Source: Diplonema japonicum
Lineage: Eukaryota > Protista > Euglenozoa: Diplonemea
Assembly (NCBI GenBank): GCA_964019335.1
Contig: OZ025671.1
Span: forward strand, 620,001-684,000
DNA length: 64,000 nucleotides
Direction: 5' to 3'
Part shown: one piece after another, positions 23,890 to 33,524 of the stretch
Position numbering within the stretch: the first letter of the stretch is position 1
How the letters are laid out: each line of letters starts with the position of its first letter
The notes under the pieces: model-generated
What the model saw: the letters and a program-made list of their open reading frames with translations, nothing else
Told to the model about the DNA's origin: nothing
The model's database searches: none
Made by a program: the position numbers and the translations under genes

Positions 23890-24810
23890 CTACGGGGAGG
23901 CGGAACCGATGAGGAGGGTCTTCTCATCGGCGAAGTAGTAGTCGGGGATCTCGAGGTTCAGTGGCGCGGGACCCTTTCTGATACGGCCAGAGTAGTCGTA
24001 GTGGGACCCGTGGCAGGGGCAGAGGTACGCGTCGAAGTCACCAGCACCGAAAACGGGGATGCAACCCAAGTGAGTGCAGATGGCAATCATGACTGCGTAC
24101 TCAGGGTTCTGGCAACGGGACTCGTCAGTAGCAGGGTCCTTGAGGTCGCTGGCTGTGTTGTCATTCACTGCGACCGCGATCTGCGCCTCAGTCCTCCTGT
24201 GCACGAACACAGGCTTCCCCTGCCACATGACCACGGTCATCTGACCGGGTTCAAGGAACCCGATATCCACCTCAGCATTGGCCATGGCCTTCATGTCAGC
24301 CCTGGGCCCGAAGGACATAAGAAGACCAGCAACAGTCGACTTCAACACGAAGGTGCTGATAGCCCTCGGGATCGTGATGATACCGTAGAACTTCACCCTC
24401 CTCTCGTACTCGTCAGCGGCCCTGGGCTTCAGGTAAGACTTGATATACTTCTCCTCCGTGGTGGGGTAGCCGGTCAGCATCTCCTCAACCTCCTTCCCGA
24501 ACCTGTCGTTCCTCCCGACCACGCTGCCCTCGGGGTACGTGTTAAAGGTCACCTCGTCAGCCTTATCAATGGCAGCGTCGTTGCACTTCGCGGGGTTGGC
24601 CCTGGCACCGATGGGGCCGTACTTCTCTGCCGACGCAGCGTTCACGGGCTGAACAACGGCCTCCCAAGCGACGTAACTCCTGGCACCGGATGAAGAAGTG
24701 ACATCAGGGGTCTGTCTGGGGTAGCCAGTTACCGCAATGTTTGGGGGCACGAAGGTACGTGCTTGGCTCGAGAGAGCCGTTCTCAGAGTCGACTGTACCC
24801 CTCTGCGCAT
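23890..24810 (-). CDS. UQCRFS1: Mitochondrial Rieske iron-sulfur protein of complex III
   Basis: CTHLGC and CPCHGS 2Fe-2S motifs, GRIRKGPAPLNL, presequence MRRGVQSTLR. The FNTYPEGS segment resembles the kinetoplastid ISP N-terminal extension. Confidence 0.97.
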   Translation of the reverse strand: MRRGVQSTLRTALSSQARTFVPPNIAVTGYPRQTPDVTSSSGARSYVAWEAVVQPVNAASAEKYGPIGARANPAKCNDAAIDKADEVTFNTYPEGSVVGRNDRFGKEVEEMLTGYPTTEEKYIKSYLKPRAADEYERRVKFYGIITIPRAISTFVLKSTVAGLLMSFGPRADMKAMANAEVDIGFLEPGQMTVVMWQGKPVFVHRRTEAQIAVAVNDNTASDLKDPATDESRCQNPEYAVMIAICTHLGCIPVFGAGDFDAYLCPCHGSHYDYSGRIRKGPAPLNLEIPDYYFADEKTLLIGSASP

Positions 24811-24915
24811 TTTTCAATATTCTAAATAACGGGGCCTGGAGTGTGTTAGCAAAAAGGTTACACAGAACAAAGAATACAACTGCACCATGTGCACTGTTAT
24901 TGGTACTTGGTACTG

Positions 24916-26730
24916 TTACTCCTCAAAGGCATTGGTCGATGTGTACACCACCTGCATTGCGTGTTTGTAGACTGTAGCATACCTCTCTTTCAGGCTGCTC
25001 CCCGTCATCCAACTCCTGGCTTATCAAGCGGTCGACGAGGTTGCAATACCTGCGCATGTTTGCTATGCTTGTGGTACATACATGTATATCTCGCAGACCC
25101 GTGCCCTGTTCCTTTGGTGTTCCTTCTCTTTTTCGCTATCTATTAGCCTCACACAAGTTTTTCGCTCGTTTTCGCTGAGCTCTTCCTCCTTTGCATACAG
25201 CTTCTGTTGCCGCATTTGATGCGACTCCTCGATGAGTTTGTCTAGCTCCTCCTTATTCTCCAGGATTGACTCCAGCTGTGTCCTCTTTGTATTCAGCTCT
25301 TGTTCCCATTCAGCGCTTGCCCTGTCCATATTCGTCTGTGTTCCATCTCCCAGTTGGGACTGGTGTTTAGCACGCATGTCCTCGAAAGCATTCTCCAGGT
25401 CATCACGGTACTCTTTCTCGCAGTCCTGCAGTTTCTTGAAGCATTCGCTGATAGTCTCGATAGTCTCCTCCTGAAGTGTTGTGTAGTTTGTTTCGAACTC
25501 ACTGATCACAGCCTCGTATGCTTCCTGTTGGTCAGTCTCTTTTTCCAAGAGATTTTCCTTTAGCGTCTTCAATCCCACTCTCAGCTTCTCCAGCTGCGAA
25601 GGGTCTTCTTCAATTACCTTCGCCTCTTCCTCAGTGGGGTGCCCATCGTGTCGGGGCATGACAAGCTTCTTCTGTTTCTCAAATTGCTTGATTAAATATT
25701 TACATTCCGTGTCGACCTCTCCTTTTGCTGTTTCAAGCGTCTCAAAGAAATCCTTAAACTCCTCATCCTTGACCTTCTTGTGTTCCTGCATGCGGGTCAC
25801 GAATTCTCTAACCTTTTCATCAAAGGCGTCACTGTACCTCTGCAGGGCCTCCTTCAGTTTGCTGTTTTCGTCATAGGCACCTGACTCCCTGAACGTCTGT
25901 ATCTGCTTTGCTTCCGTTCCCTCGTTGATGAGCTCTTCGAACAATGAAGTCATGCCGGAGCAGTTGCATGCTCTGAGGTCAGTTTGCTCTTGGAGCTCAA
26001 TGCGCTCTTGTCGTTGCCGTTCCTCCTCTTTCTTATCCTGCTCTTCTACTTGCACTAGATGTTCTCGGTGCTCTTGCTTCGCGTTTGCTACGGCCTTGGC
26101 GTCAACCAGTCTGTAGTCCAGGTACTTCAGCTTACTCAAGTGTGCCAGAACCTTAGCTTCATAAATTTGCAATTGGATCTTGGCGTGGCAAGGATTTCCT
26201 GCTAGTGACAGCATCCTGAGGTGTTTGAACTTCCTAAGGTACTTGGCTATGTCATCGAGGTTGTCCAGCTTGTTTTTCCCTATTGAGAAGCACTTCAACG
26301 GCTTTAAACTATCAATCCCCTCCAGCACTTCTATGTTATTGCAGTGCAGCGTCAGGTCCTCTAGCTTGGTCAGCTCTGAGAGACCTTCTATCCTGCTAAT
26401 TTTGTTGAAGGAAAGGTCAAGCCATATGAGGTTGGACAAGTGGTTCAAATTTTCGATTTTTGTGATGTTGTTATTATCTAGTTGCAGCTTCGTCAGCCTG
26501 TCGAAACCAATGAGATTTGCGATTTTGCTAATTCCTGTGAAGGAGAATATAAGGCACTCAACTTCATGGAACTCAACTTTCTGCTTCTGCCCTGCCTTTG
26601 CTTGGTCCCTATCACGTGTTTTCTTGTCTTCTTCAATCCCCGTCGGTGGCACATAAATGCACTGCTTGATCAGTGCCTCGTCCAGCACTGTGAAACTAGG
26701 TTTGTCAGGTCGATCATTTGTAGTGGGCAT
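24916..26730 (-). CDS. DRC3: Dynein regulatory complex subunit 3 (LRRC48-like), 3 exons
   Basis: LTKLQLDNNNITKIENL..LxNLIWLDLSFNKISRIEGL LRRs, LKYLDYRLV cap, long coiled coil ending in RNRARVCEI. Introns at 25050-25081 (32 nt) and 24952-24982 (31 nt) lead to TAA at 24916. Confidence 0.88.
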
Positions 26731-26852
26731 TGCCCCCTGAGGTAGTCAAGTGCTGGGTATGTAAACAAATATGTAGAGACGAGACGACACCATGCAGCAC
26801 AAGAGCTTGACATCGATGTCGGTTAGACATGAAAGAAGTAGAACATCAGTTC

Positions 26853-27806
26853 TCAGCCAAGTATCTCGAGGGACCTCTTTTTCCCGCCATACTGGGATAG
26901 GTGGCTCTCTTCTTCCGACCACCCTGACAGCCCAGCATCGTTTTCAGGTGGTGTCAGTAACGGCATCATCACCCCGTAGGCTGCAAATACAAAAGCTGCT
27001 AGGGGTGCCTCCATCATCATTGTCGCACGCATGCCTGTGCGATGTGTAGGTGTGTGTAGATAGTGATGTGTTGTTTGATGCATACATTTAGCAGCGTAAA
27101 CGGACGATGCGTCATAGGACGACGCACGCAAGCCGTGCGTCGCTGCCACAGCAGCAGCACCGGCAAGCCCGCCACAAGCCAAGTCGACAGGAATCTTTAC
27201 AGCCATTGACGCCTCTGCTGGTGTTTCTGCTGCAAGGGAAAGAATAGTGTTCCGAAGTGTGTGATAGACCATGAACAGCACGCCCATCTTGGGTGCTTCG
27301 ACACGGTACTTTGCAACGTCTTGGAACAAGCCGAGAGCCCCCTGCGTGCTCCATGTCGTCTTTGCCGCAGATATGAGAGACGCAGATTTGTCGCCAGCCA
27401 ACTGCGCCATGTCTCTCGTGTATCGCAGCTTGTTAATAGGGTTTACAATTGCACGCGTCCAGCACTCTGTCCACGCACCAGTAACGAAGAAGTAAGGGGC
27501 CATGGCAACAGGGTTCATGCCATGCATCTTGCCTCCATAGTGCTCCAGTGAGTGCGTGTACACTGCCAACCTGATGCCCCAGTAGGGGCTGTACCTATAA
27601 AGGATAGCTGCTTTAGCTGCTGTGTCGGGCCTGCCTTTAACCATCGTTGCTAAGGGGCTGAGACCCTGCGCATCTAAGGGCATTACAAGCGCCCTGCCCA
27701 TACCACCCGCAACATAACCGCACGCAAAGCCCTCAAACGGCAACGTGAGAGCATTGCCTACAAGAAACTGAGACAGCTCCTCTGTCCTTTTCCTTACGAT
27801 AGACAT
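26853..27806 (-). CDS. Divergent mitochondrial carrier-like membrane protein
   Basis: Three Gly-rich helical repeats with degenerate Px(D/E)xx(K/R) signatures (MPLD, NPINKLR) and G..GLF. Probable in-frame 51-nt intron near 27035-27085. Confidence 0.55.
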   Translation of the reverse strand: MSIVRKRTEELSQFLVGNALTLPFEGFACGYVAGGMGRALVMPLDAQGLSPLATMVKGRPDTAAKAAILYRYSPYWGIRLAVYTHSLEHYGGKMHGMNPVAMAPYFFVTGAWTECWTRAIVNPINKLRYTRDMAQLAGDKSASLISAAKTTWSTQGALGLFQDVAKYRVEAPKMGVLFMVYHTLRNTILSLAAETPAEASMAVKIPVDLACGGLAGAAAVAATHGLRASSYDASSVYAAKCMHQTTHHYLHTPTHRTGMRATMMMEAPLAAFVFAAYGVMMPLLTPPENDAGLSGWSEEESHLSQYGGKKRSLEILG

Positions 27807-28202
27807 GGTGGTGAAGAAGAATGTGACACACATGTTGATATAATATGCCTGTTTATTGAATTCACTAGCGTTCTTAGTTGCAACTGCCTAAATACAAAAG
27901 CTACTCAAAACTAAGAGCTGCAGTGGCGCTGAGGTGCTTGCAAAGCAGATAGTCCTCGTGGAGCATACAATGGTGCGGGTGGTCTCTTGCACCCTTGGCG
28001 GACAGTGGCAGGGGACTGAAGGGATACAAATTGACTAACACTTCTATTACAGTGGCAATAATACAGACCACTACGGGCATAACTATCAATGACAGCACGC
28101 AACAAAACAACGTAAACGACTTAACATAGAACACCAGTACAATGATTTAGAACCCTAACTTATACTGTGGCAGCTGCCGTTAATCGACATAACTAAAGTA
28201 GA

Positions 28203-30350
28203 CTAAAACCTGGTGCTTTGCCATCTCGGAGAGGAGTGCAGCGGTGGTGGGGGTGAAAAAGAAGTCTTGCGGAATTGTTGTTGTTGGAACTTCGATGGAG
28301 AGTTCGCCCTCGCCAAGCGCCCTTGGCTGCTTGCGTGGGCGTGAGGAACAGGCGTGGATGTGTGATGTTCATGTGTGTGCCTGCTTGAGGGCGGTGGGTT
28401 GTCGAATGCCCATGACGGTGACTCGTATTTCGGGGAGTGGCACGTGGACACCGGCCTAGGGTGGTTCACAGGAGAACCTAGACCCACGAAGCGTGACCTT
28501 TGTGGGGACTCAGATTCACGCGGGCATATCATATCAGGTGGTTTGCTGCCACCAGGCCCGCCTGGTGCTACACTGCCATGCATAGGCTGCATTCCGTTTC
28601 GTTTATACGCATCGGGACTAGGTGCGGGGTCGAGGTAGGTGCTGACAGGGGTGTTGTACGCATGGTGCTGGGTTTGGAGCTGTGGGTGAGAGGCTGGTGT
28701 CAGGAGCGGCGAGTCGGCAGGTGTGTTGTTTGCAGAAGATCTGAAGATAGGTTGCACTGGTGGTTGACGTACAATGCTGCTGTTTCTATCAGGCGTGTTA
28801 TTCCTTCTGCCAGGTGGAGGAGCTGTGGATGAATGTGCTGAGTGAGCAGAAGGTGCGGTCGAAGAGAGAGGTGTAGGCTGTGCGACGTTGGAGGGTACAG
28901 GACGTTGTTTCATGGGTGATGACCATTCTGGCACGGCAGGCGCGTGAGCAGAGGGGCTGGATTGTTTTGATTGACTGTTGGAGCGCCCAGTTCTGGAAGG
29001 CTCATGGGGCGATTCAGCTGGCTTGATTCGAGAGTGTGCCTCTGCAGCATCGACTGGCCCTCCACTGTTGCCGCCTGGCATTACGTAAACAATAACAGGC
29101 GACTTGGTCTGCACGTCTCCACTGTGGCTTATGCGTTGTGACTGGTGTGACTTCTGCGCAATGATATAGGGTTGGCTCTGCGGATTTGTTAAGCTTCTGG
29201 AGCTCGCAGAACTGACGGAAGAAGGTTGTCGCTTCATTTCTTTTGACTCTTTCAACGCTAAGAGCTTCTTACTCCACACCATGTTGCGTGGGTTGAAGAA
29301 GTAAAGCTCGCTGCGCTGCATAACTGGCATCACCATGTGGGAATTATGCCACACAGCAGACAGTCCGCCTTGAGGAGCGGGTGACCCGTCACCAGGCATC
29401 TTGCTCCATGACTTGCTTGTAGGGTCAAGGAACCAGCTGTCGCTAACCTTCTTGGGAGGGGTTTCAATCTCACCACCCCACACAATCACACCCTGGTCAG
29501 TTGCGACACTCACGTGGAGCGATCTGTGTGAGGGTGACTGGTGTTCCGTGTGCGACACAGGGAACATCCCTGTGACCTCCCCGTACATACGGCCTTTCCC
29601 AAGCTCTTTGCCATGCGGTGCTTCCAATACTTGAATGACCTGCCCTTTCTTGAACGAGAGGTGATGAGACTCATCCGAAGAATAGTCTCTTGTTGCTATG
29701 ACGGTAGTAGGGGTTAAAGAGTCCCACTTCCTGGTGATGAAGTTCCACCTCCACAGAACATTGCTTTCCTTCCCGGTGTGCATGTGCACGCCCCCAAACA
29801 GCATCATTGTGGAGTTCCATGTGACCGCAGAATGTCCCCACAGATGTGGTCCTTTGGAAACTTCGATCCCCGTCCATATGAGAGATTCTATGTTTAGCTC
29901 GTAAAACACCGACGGGCGGTCCGAACTGTCGTCGCTATCGCTGTCGTCTGGTTGCTGCTGATATTTGTACCCACCTGTGACGTAGATGGTGGGACCCAGC
30001 ATAACAGAGGCGTGGTGGCACAGTACTTCCGGAACGTCACCTGTGGTCACTAGATTGTCCCACTTCTTGGTTGCAAGGTCCAGTGTAGGAACCGAGTACC
30101 TAATAGACTGCGACGGCTTGGCTGCGTGACCGTGGATGACACACAGCATGTTCTCGTACACATGTGCTGTGTGATAGTCCCGCCCCTCAGGCAGCCTTCC
30201 CTTCACTTTCATTTTTTTGTAGGAACCATCGCTTTCTATTTCCCAAGTATCGTTTAGCAGTTTCCCCGAATCAGCTTTCCCGCCGAACACAAAGAGTTTA
30301 TTATTATATGCAACAGTAGAGTGCCCCTGCTTAGGAACACCTGTCGTCAT
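28203..30350 (-). CDS. Kelch-repeat protein with inserted SH3 domain and Ser/Pro-rich tail
   Basis: Kelch GH/GG blades. SH3 signature ATRDYSSDESHHLSFKKGQVIQVL...TGMFPVSH. Low-complexity C-terminal half. Confidence 0.8.
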   Translation of the reverse strand: MTTGVPKQGHSTVAYNNKLFVFGGKADSGKLLNDTWEIESDGSYKKMKVKGRLPEGRDYHTAHVYENMLCVIHGHAAKPSQSIRYSVPTLDLATKKWDNLVTTGDVPEVLCHHASVMLGPTIYVTGGYKYQQQPDDSDSDDSSDRPSVFYELNIESLIWTGIEVSKGPHLWGHSAVTWNSTMMLFGGVHMHTGKESNVLWRWNFITRKWDSLTPTTVIATRDYSSDESHHLSFKKGQVIQVLEAPHGKELGKGRMYGEVTGMFPVSHTEHQSPSHRSLHVSVATDQGVIVWGGEIETPPKKVSDSWFLDPTSKSWSKMPGDGSPAPQGGLSAVWHNSHMVMPVMQRSELYFFNPRNMVWSKKLLALKESKEMKRQPSSVSSASSRSLTNPQSQPYIIAQKSHQSQRISHSGDVQTKSPVIVYVMPGGNSGGPVDAAEAHSRIKPAESPHEPSRTGRSNSQSKQSSPSAHAPAVPEWSSPMKQRPVPSNVAQPTPLSSTAPSAHSAHSSTAPPPGRRNNTPDRNSSIVRQPPVQPIFRSSANNTPADSPLLTPASHPQLQTQHHAYNTPVSTYLDPAPSPDAYKRNGMQPMHGSVAPGGPGGSKPPDMICPRESESPQRSRFVGLGSPVNHPRPVSTCHSPKYESPSWAFDNPPPSSRHTHEHHTSTPVPHAHASSQGRLARANSPSKFQQQQFRKTSFSPPPPLHSSPRWQSTRF

Positions 30351-30664
30351 GTTGAAGGACTGCCTGGGTGTATAGTAGTTTACATTTGTAAAAACAACTC
30401 AGAAAACAAATGTTGCTGGCCCCTTTTAGTTTCTTGTTGCTTCGCGTCATCAATGGAATGCCTGACCCTACAGGAAGACCAAAGTCAATAACACAATATT
30501 CAAGAAGATGCTCGTAGTAAAGTGTAGAAAATTTTCTGATTCGTTCTATCTGTGGGGACTAGTTCAAAGGCAAAATAGGACACTTGATGGTTTGCCTGGT
30601 GTACGTTGGCAATAACCTGAGGGTAAAGGTAAGGGGAAACTTGAGAACGTGCCTAGAAAGGTCA

Positions 30665-31777
30665 CTAAGCACGCAGCTCATAGTACTTGAGAACAATACT
30701 GGACATGGTGCCGACTGCGTACATGTACCCTTCTGTAATAAAATCGTTCTTTGCTGCATCGTCAACCCAGCTCAAGTTCATGAGCAAGCGGGACTCGTCT
30801 CTCATGAGCGGCCAGAAATCGTAGTCGGAGTTCCCGCGAATGTTTGCAAATGGGATCGGGCTTCCGTTTGCCTCTTCGAGCAGTGCCTGCATCCAACCAG
30901 GACCTTCCATGGCACTCACACACGTGACTTCTTCGGGTGAAGTGGCAACACCTGTTGCGTTGCTGATGACGCTAGCAAGGTACTTCCTACACAAAAAATC
31001 CTGAGGCATTCCAGTCCACAGGTTGTAGTCAGCAGCTTCAGCACATCGCGAGAACCCGTGCACCCTGGGGGTTGTTGGGGGGTACACAGGGGGTACACCG
31101 AGGCCACGCCACATGTCAGTCCAGTACTTTTGGATGTACGCAGAAAGTTTTGCATTACGGGGCTGGTACTGCGCCTCCTGAGAAGCAGCTATGAGCTTTT
31201 CTGAGATGGTGTTTGTGGGCGAAACAAAGGTGCACTTCCCGAACACATCTTCACTATCGCGGCCTGAGCACTGGGGAGCCGTGCACTCGGCATTGGCGAA
31301 GTCATCCCATTGGCAGAAACCACAGCGCAACTGGAAGGACGCAGACGAGATACACACGTCACCAATGTTGTTGAGTTGCTCTGCAGCAGGTTGCTGTGGA
31401 GCCGAGCACACGGGGTCTTTCTCTGGGTTGAAGAAGCCGCCGTTTTTAGGTGTCCATCCTGAGGTACCTAAGTAGATAGCGTCTGTGAGCTTCTCCTTGC
31501 CTTTGTAGTAGTTAACAACAGAGACCGAACACAAGGCCGCGTTGTTGGTACCAATGCCAGTAGTAACGAGCACCATGTCCTTCCCCTTCAGCTGCCCTTC
31601 CATGGCCAACGCGCACAGCGGGAGCTCAGAGGTGATATTGTGTACATTGGTCATGTTGGACAATATATAGTGCCCTTCACTGATGCCACTGTAGCTACCC
31701 GGGTCGGCAGTCATGATCAAGGACCTCTGCGCGCTGGCGCATGCACAGAGGGAAACGAGAACTATACGTGATAACAT
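30665..31777 (-). CDS. Secreted nucleoside phosphorylase-fold protein (NUP/purine nucleoside permease-like)
   Basis: Signal peptide MLSRIVLVSLCACASA. LVTTGIGxxNAA, IYLGTSG, IGDVCI, AMEG and IRGNSDYD follow the PNP/UDP-phosphorylase/NUP motif order. Confidence 0.6.
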   Translation of the reverse strand: MLSRIVLVSLCACASAQRSLIMTADPGSYSGISEGHYILSNMTNVHNITSELPLCALAMEGQLKGKDMVLVTTGIGTNNAALCSVSVVNYYKGKEKLTDAIYLGTSGWTPKNGGFFNPEKDPVCSAPQQPAAEQLNNIGDVCISSASFQLRCGFCQWDDFANAECTAPQCSGRDSEDVFGKCTFVSPTNTISEKLIAASQEAQYQPRNAKLSAYIQKYWTDMWRGLGVPPVYPPTTPRVHGFSRCAEAADYNLWTGMPQDFLCRKYLASVISNATGVATSPEEVTCVSAMEGPGWMQALLEEANGSPIPFANIRGNSDYDFWPLMRDESRLLMNLSWVDDAAKNDFITEGYMYAVGTMSSIVLKYYELRA

Positions 31778-31834
31778 CTTCCTGTGGTGGGTTCAACATA
31801 GGTAGCGGCTCTCACACACAACTTGTGTTACCTG

Positions 31835-32905
31835 TCACATGCAGGCACCTAACTCAATCACTGGCGGTACAGAAGAGGAGGGTGCCCCTGTTCTGTGAGA
31901 GGACCACAAGCTATTCACTCCTACCATGGAAAGGGTGGAGTCGCAGCGATTGGTATCCTTATAAACAGACAACGGCAAAGGCGGAGCCACGTAGGCTGTC
32001 AGGCGCTTGGAAGGAGAAGCGCACAACGTAGCAGATACCGCCGAGAGAACTGCTGGTGTTCGTTTCTTCAAGTTTATCATTCTTCGCAGCCAGTGTGAAG
32101 TCCTCCCCTGCCAGAGACAGAGTTCAGTTCCTGACCTGTCGAGTGTTGTTCCACAGTCGGAGCACCTTGTCTTTGCAAGCCCAAAAGGACCAGCACCGCA
32201 TTTTGTGCAGCATGTCTTCATCTTTTCGAACCTGGATTCATGTGTTTGGTACGCTGCCTGCACACATTTGTCTGTGTACCGCACGGGTGCTTCCTTCAGC
32301 TTGTCCATCAACGATGCCCACAACTCGCCGCATTGTGAAGCAGGGGTGTTTTTGATCTCCTTCAATTCGCTCAAGAGTTCGAGTAAGTTTCGTTTTGCGT
32401 ACGGCCCCGCCTCCACTGCCTTGCACCTGTTGGTCATGAGGTCCATATAGGAATCGAAGCTGGGTATTTGTGCAAGCGTTTCGTATCGTGCTTTTAGATT
32501 ATCGTGCGATGAGCGCAAACACGAAAGCTCTGCTGAGAGAAGCTGTATGGTTTTTTCCAAAGAGGCGACTTTGACAGCAGCAACATCAGTGAAGACGGCA
32601 TCACCCAACCCCAAGATGCACAGGAGGTTGCTGTTGGACAGCCCCCTCTGCACGCCCTCTGTCACTTCTTTTAACGCTTTTTCGCTTTTTACGTACTTCT
32701 GCTCCATTTCCCGGAGCTCTACCCGCAGCTGGCGCGAAGTTTCCATTGCTTCATCGACTTGTTTCAGCCATATGTTCTGAGTACATTCAGGCTCTTTGGG
32801 TGCATCTTTAATCTCGTAACTAGCAGCACGTGAGGAGGCGGATTTTAACTTTACCACAGTAGCGACTTTCTTCGCAACATTCCATCCCTTCTTGCCTGCT
32901 CTCAT
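31835..32905 (-). CDS. Hypothetical coiled-coil protein with CxxC...CxxC zinc ribbon
   Basis: ORF on the cluster strand with heptad region and CTKCG...CSDCG. The 3' end may be altered by a small intron. Confidence 0.6.
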   Translation of the reverse strand: MRAGKKGWNVAKKVATVVKLKSASSRAASYEIKDAPKEPECTQNIWLKQVDEAMETSRQLRVELREMEQKYVKSEKALKEVTEGVQRGLSNSNLLCILGLGDAVFTDVAAVKVASLEKTIQLLSAELSCLRSSHDNLKARYETLAQIPSFDSYMDLMTNRCKAVEAGPYAKRNLLELLSELKEIKNTPASQCGELWASLMDKLKEAPVRYTDKCVQAAYQTHESRFEKMKTCCTKCGAGPFGLAKTRCSDCGTTLDRSGTELCLWQGRTSHWLRRMINLKKRTPAVLSAVSATLCASPSKRLTAYVAPPLPLSVYKDTNRCDSTLSMVGVNSLWSSHRTGAPSSSVPPVIELGACM

Positions 32906-33006
32906 CTTAGTTTCATTCAACCTTGAGATCTTTGAGGGCAACAAAGTGGCGTGTAAAATAACTACTTAGTTGCAAACACGCAGTGCATTGTAAATATTAT
33001 CGAAGT

Positions 33007-33442
33007 TCATTCCTGCTTTTTCAGAAGGCCCACTGCTTCCAGCTCTGCCTTCATGCCATCGTAGTCGTTGGTGTGTAGTTGTGCTTCCCACTTTTCCATC
33101 TTAACATTCATCTCTGCTTCAAATGCAGCATCCTTCTTCATAGTCTCTTCGTCAACATCCTCGCTGCTCTCTTCTTCTTCTTCATCAGATTCTTCCTCTT
33201 CTTCTTCTCGTTGCGTCTTCTTCATTTTATTGTCTTCCAACTCTTTTGCTTTCTTCTCAATTACCTCACGGAACAAGGCAACGTTTGGATGACCAGGCCA
33301 CCGCTTCTCGATATCCTTGTGAGTATTTCCCCTTGTTGTTGATACATACTTGGGAGATATCAAAAGCTTTGACAAGGTCTTTCGTTTGTAGGGCTGTCAG
33401 GAACTGCACCTGCAGGGACAGGTACACCTCAGCATGAGACAT
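33007..33442 (-). CDS. Small glutamate-rich protein (ERICH2-like), 2 exons
   Basis: ATG at 33442 (MSHAEVYLSLQVQFLTALQTKDLVKAFDISQ) is joined by the 34-nt intron 33316-33349 to DIEKRWPGHPNVALFREVIEKK and an acidic tract. Confidence 0.6.
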
Positions 33443-33524
33443 ATTGGCCTGTACTAAATAACTGTTACAAAATGGCAAGGAACAAGTTAACTTATTGACA
33501 CTGGCGTGCCATGACCGACACTAT

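Noticed and set aside
27901-28134. Small minus-strand ORFs between the carrier-like and Kelch-SH3 genes
   Set aside because: No motif or convincing exon structure; probably UTR.
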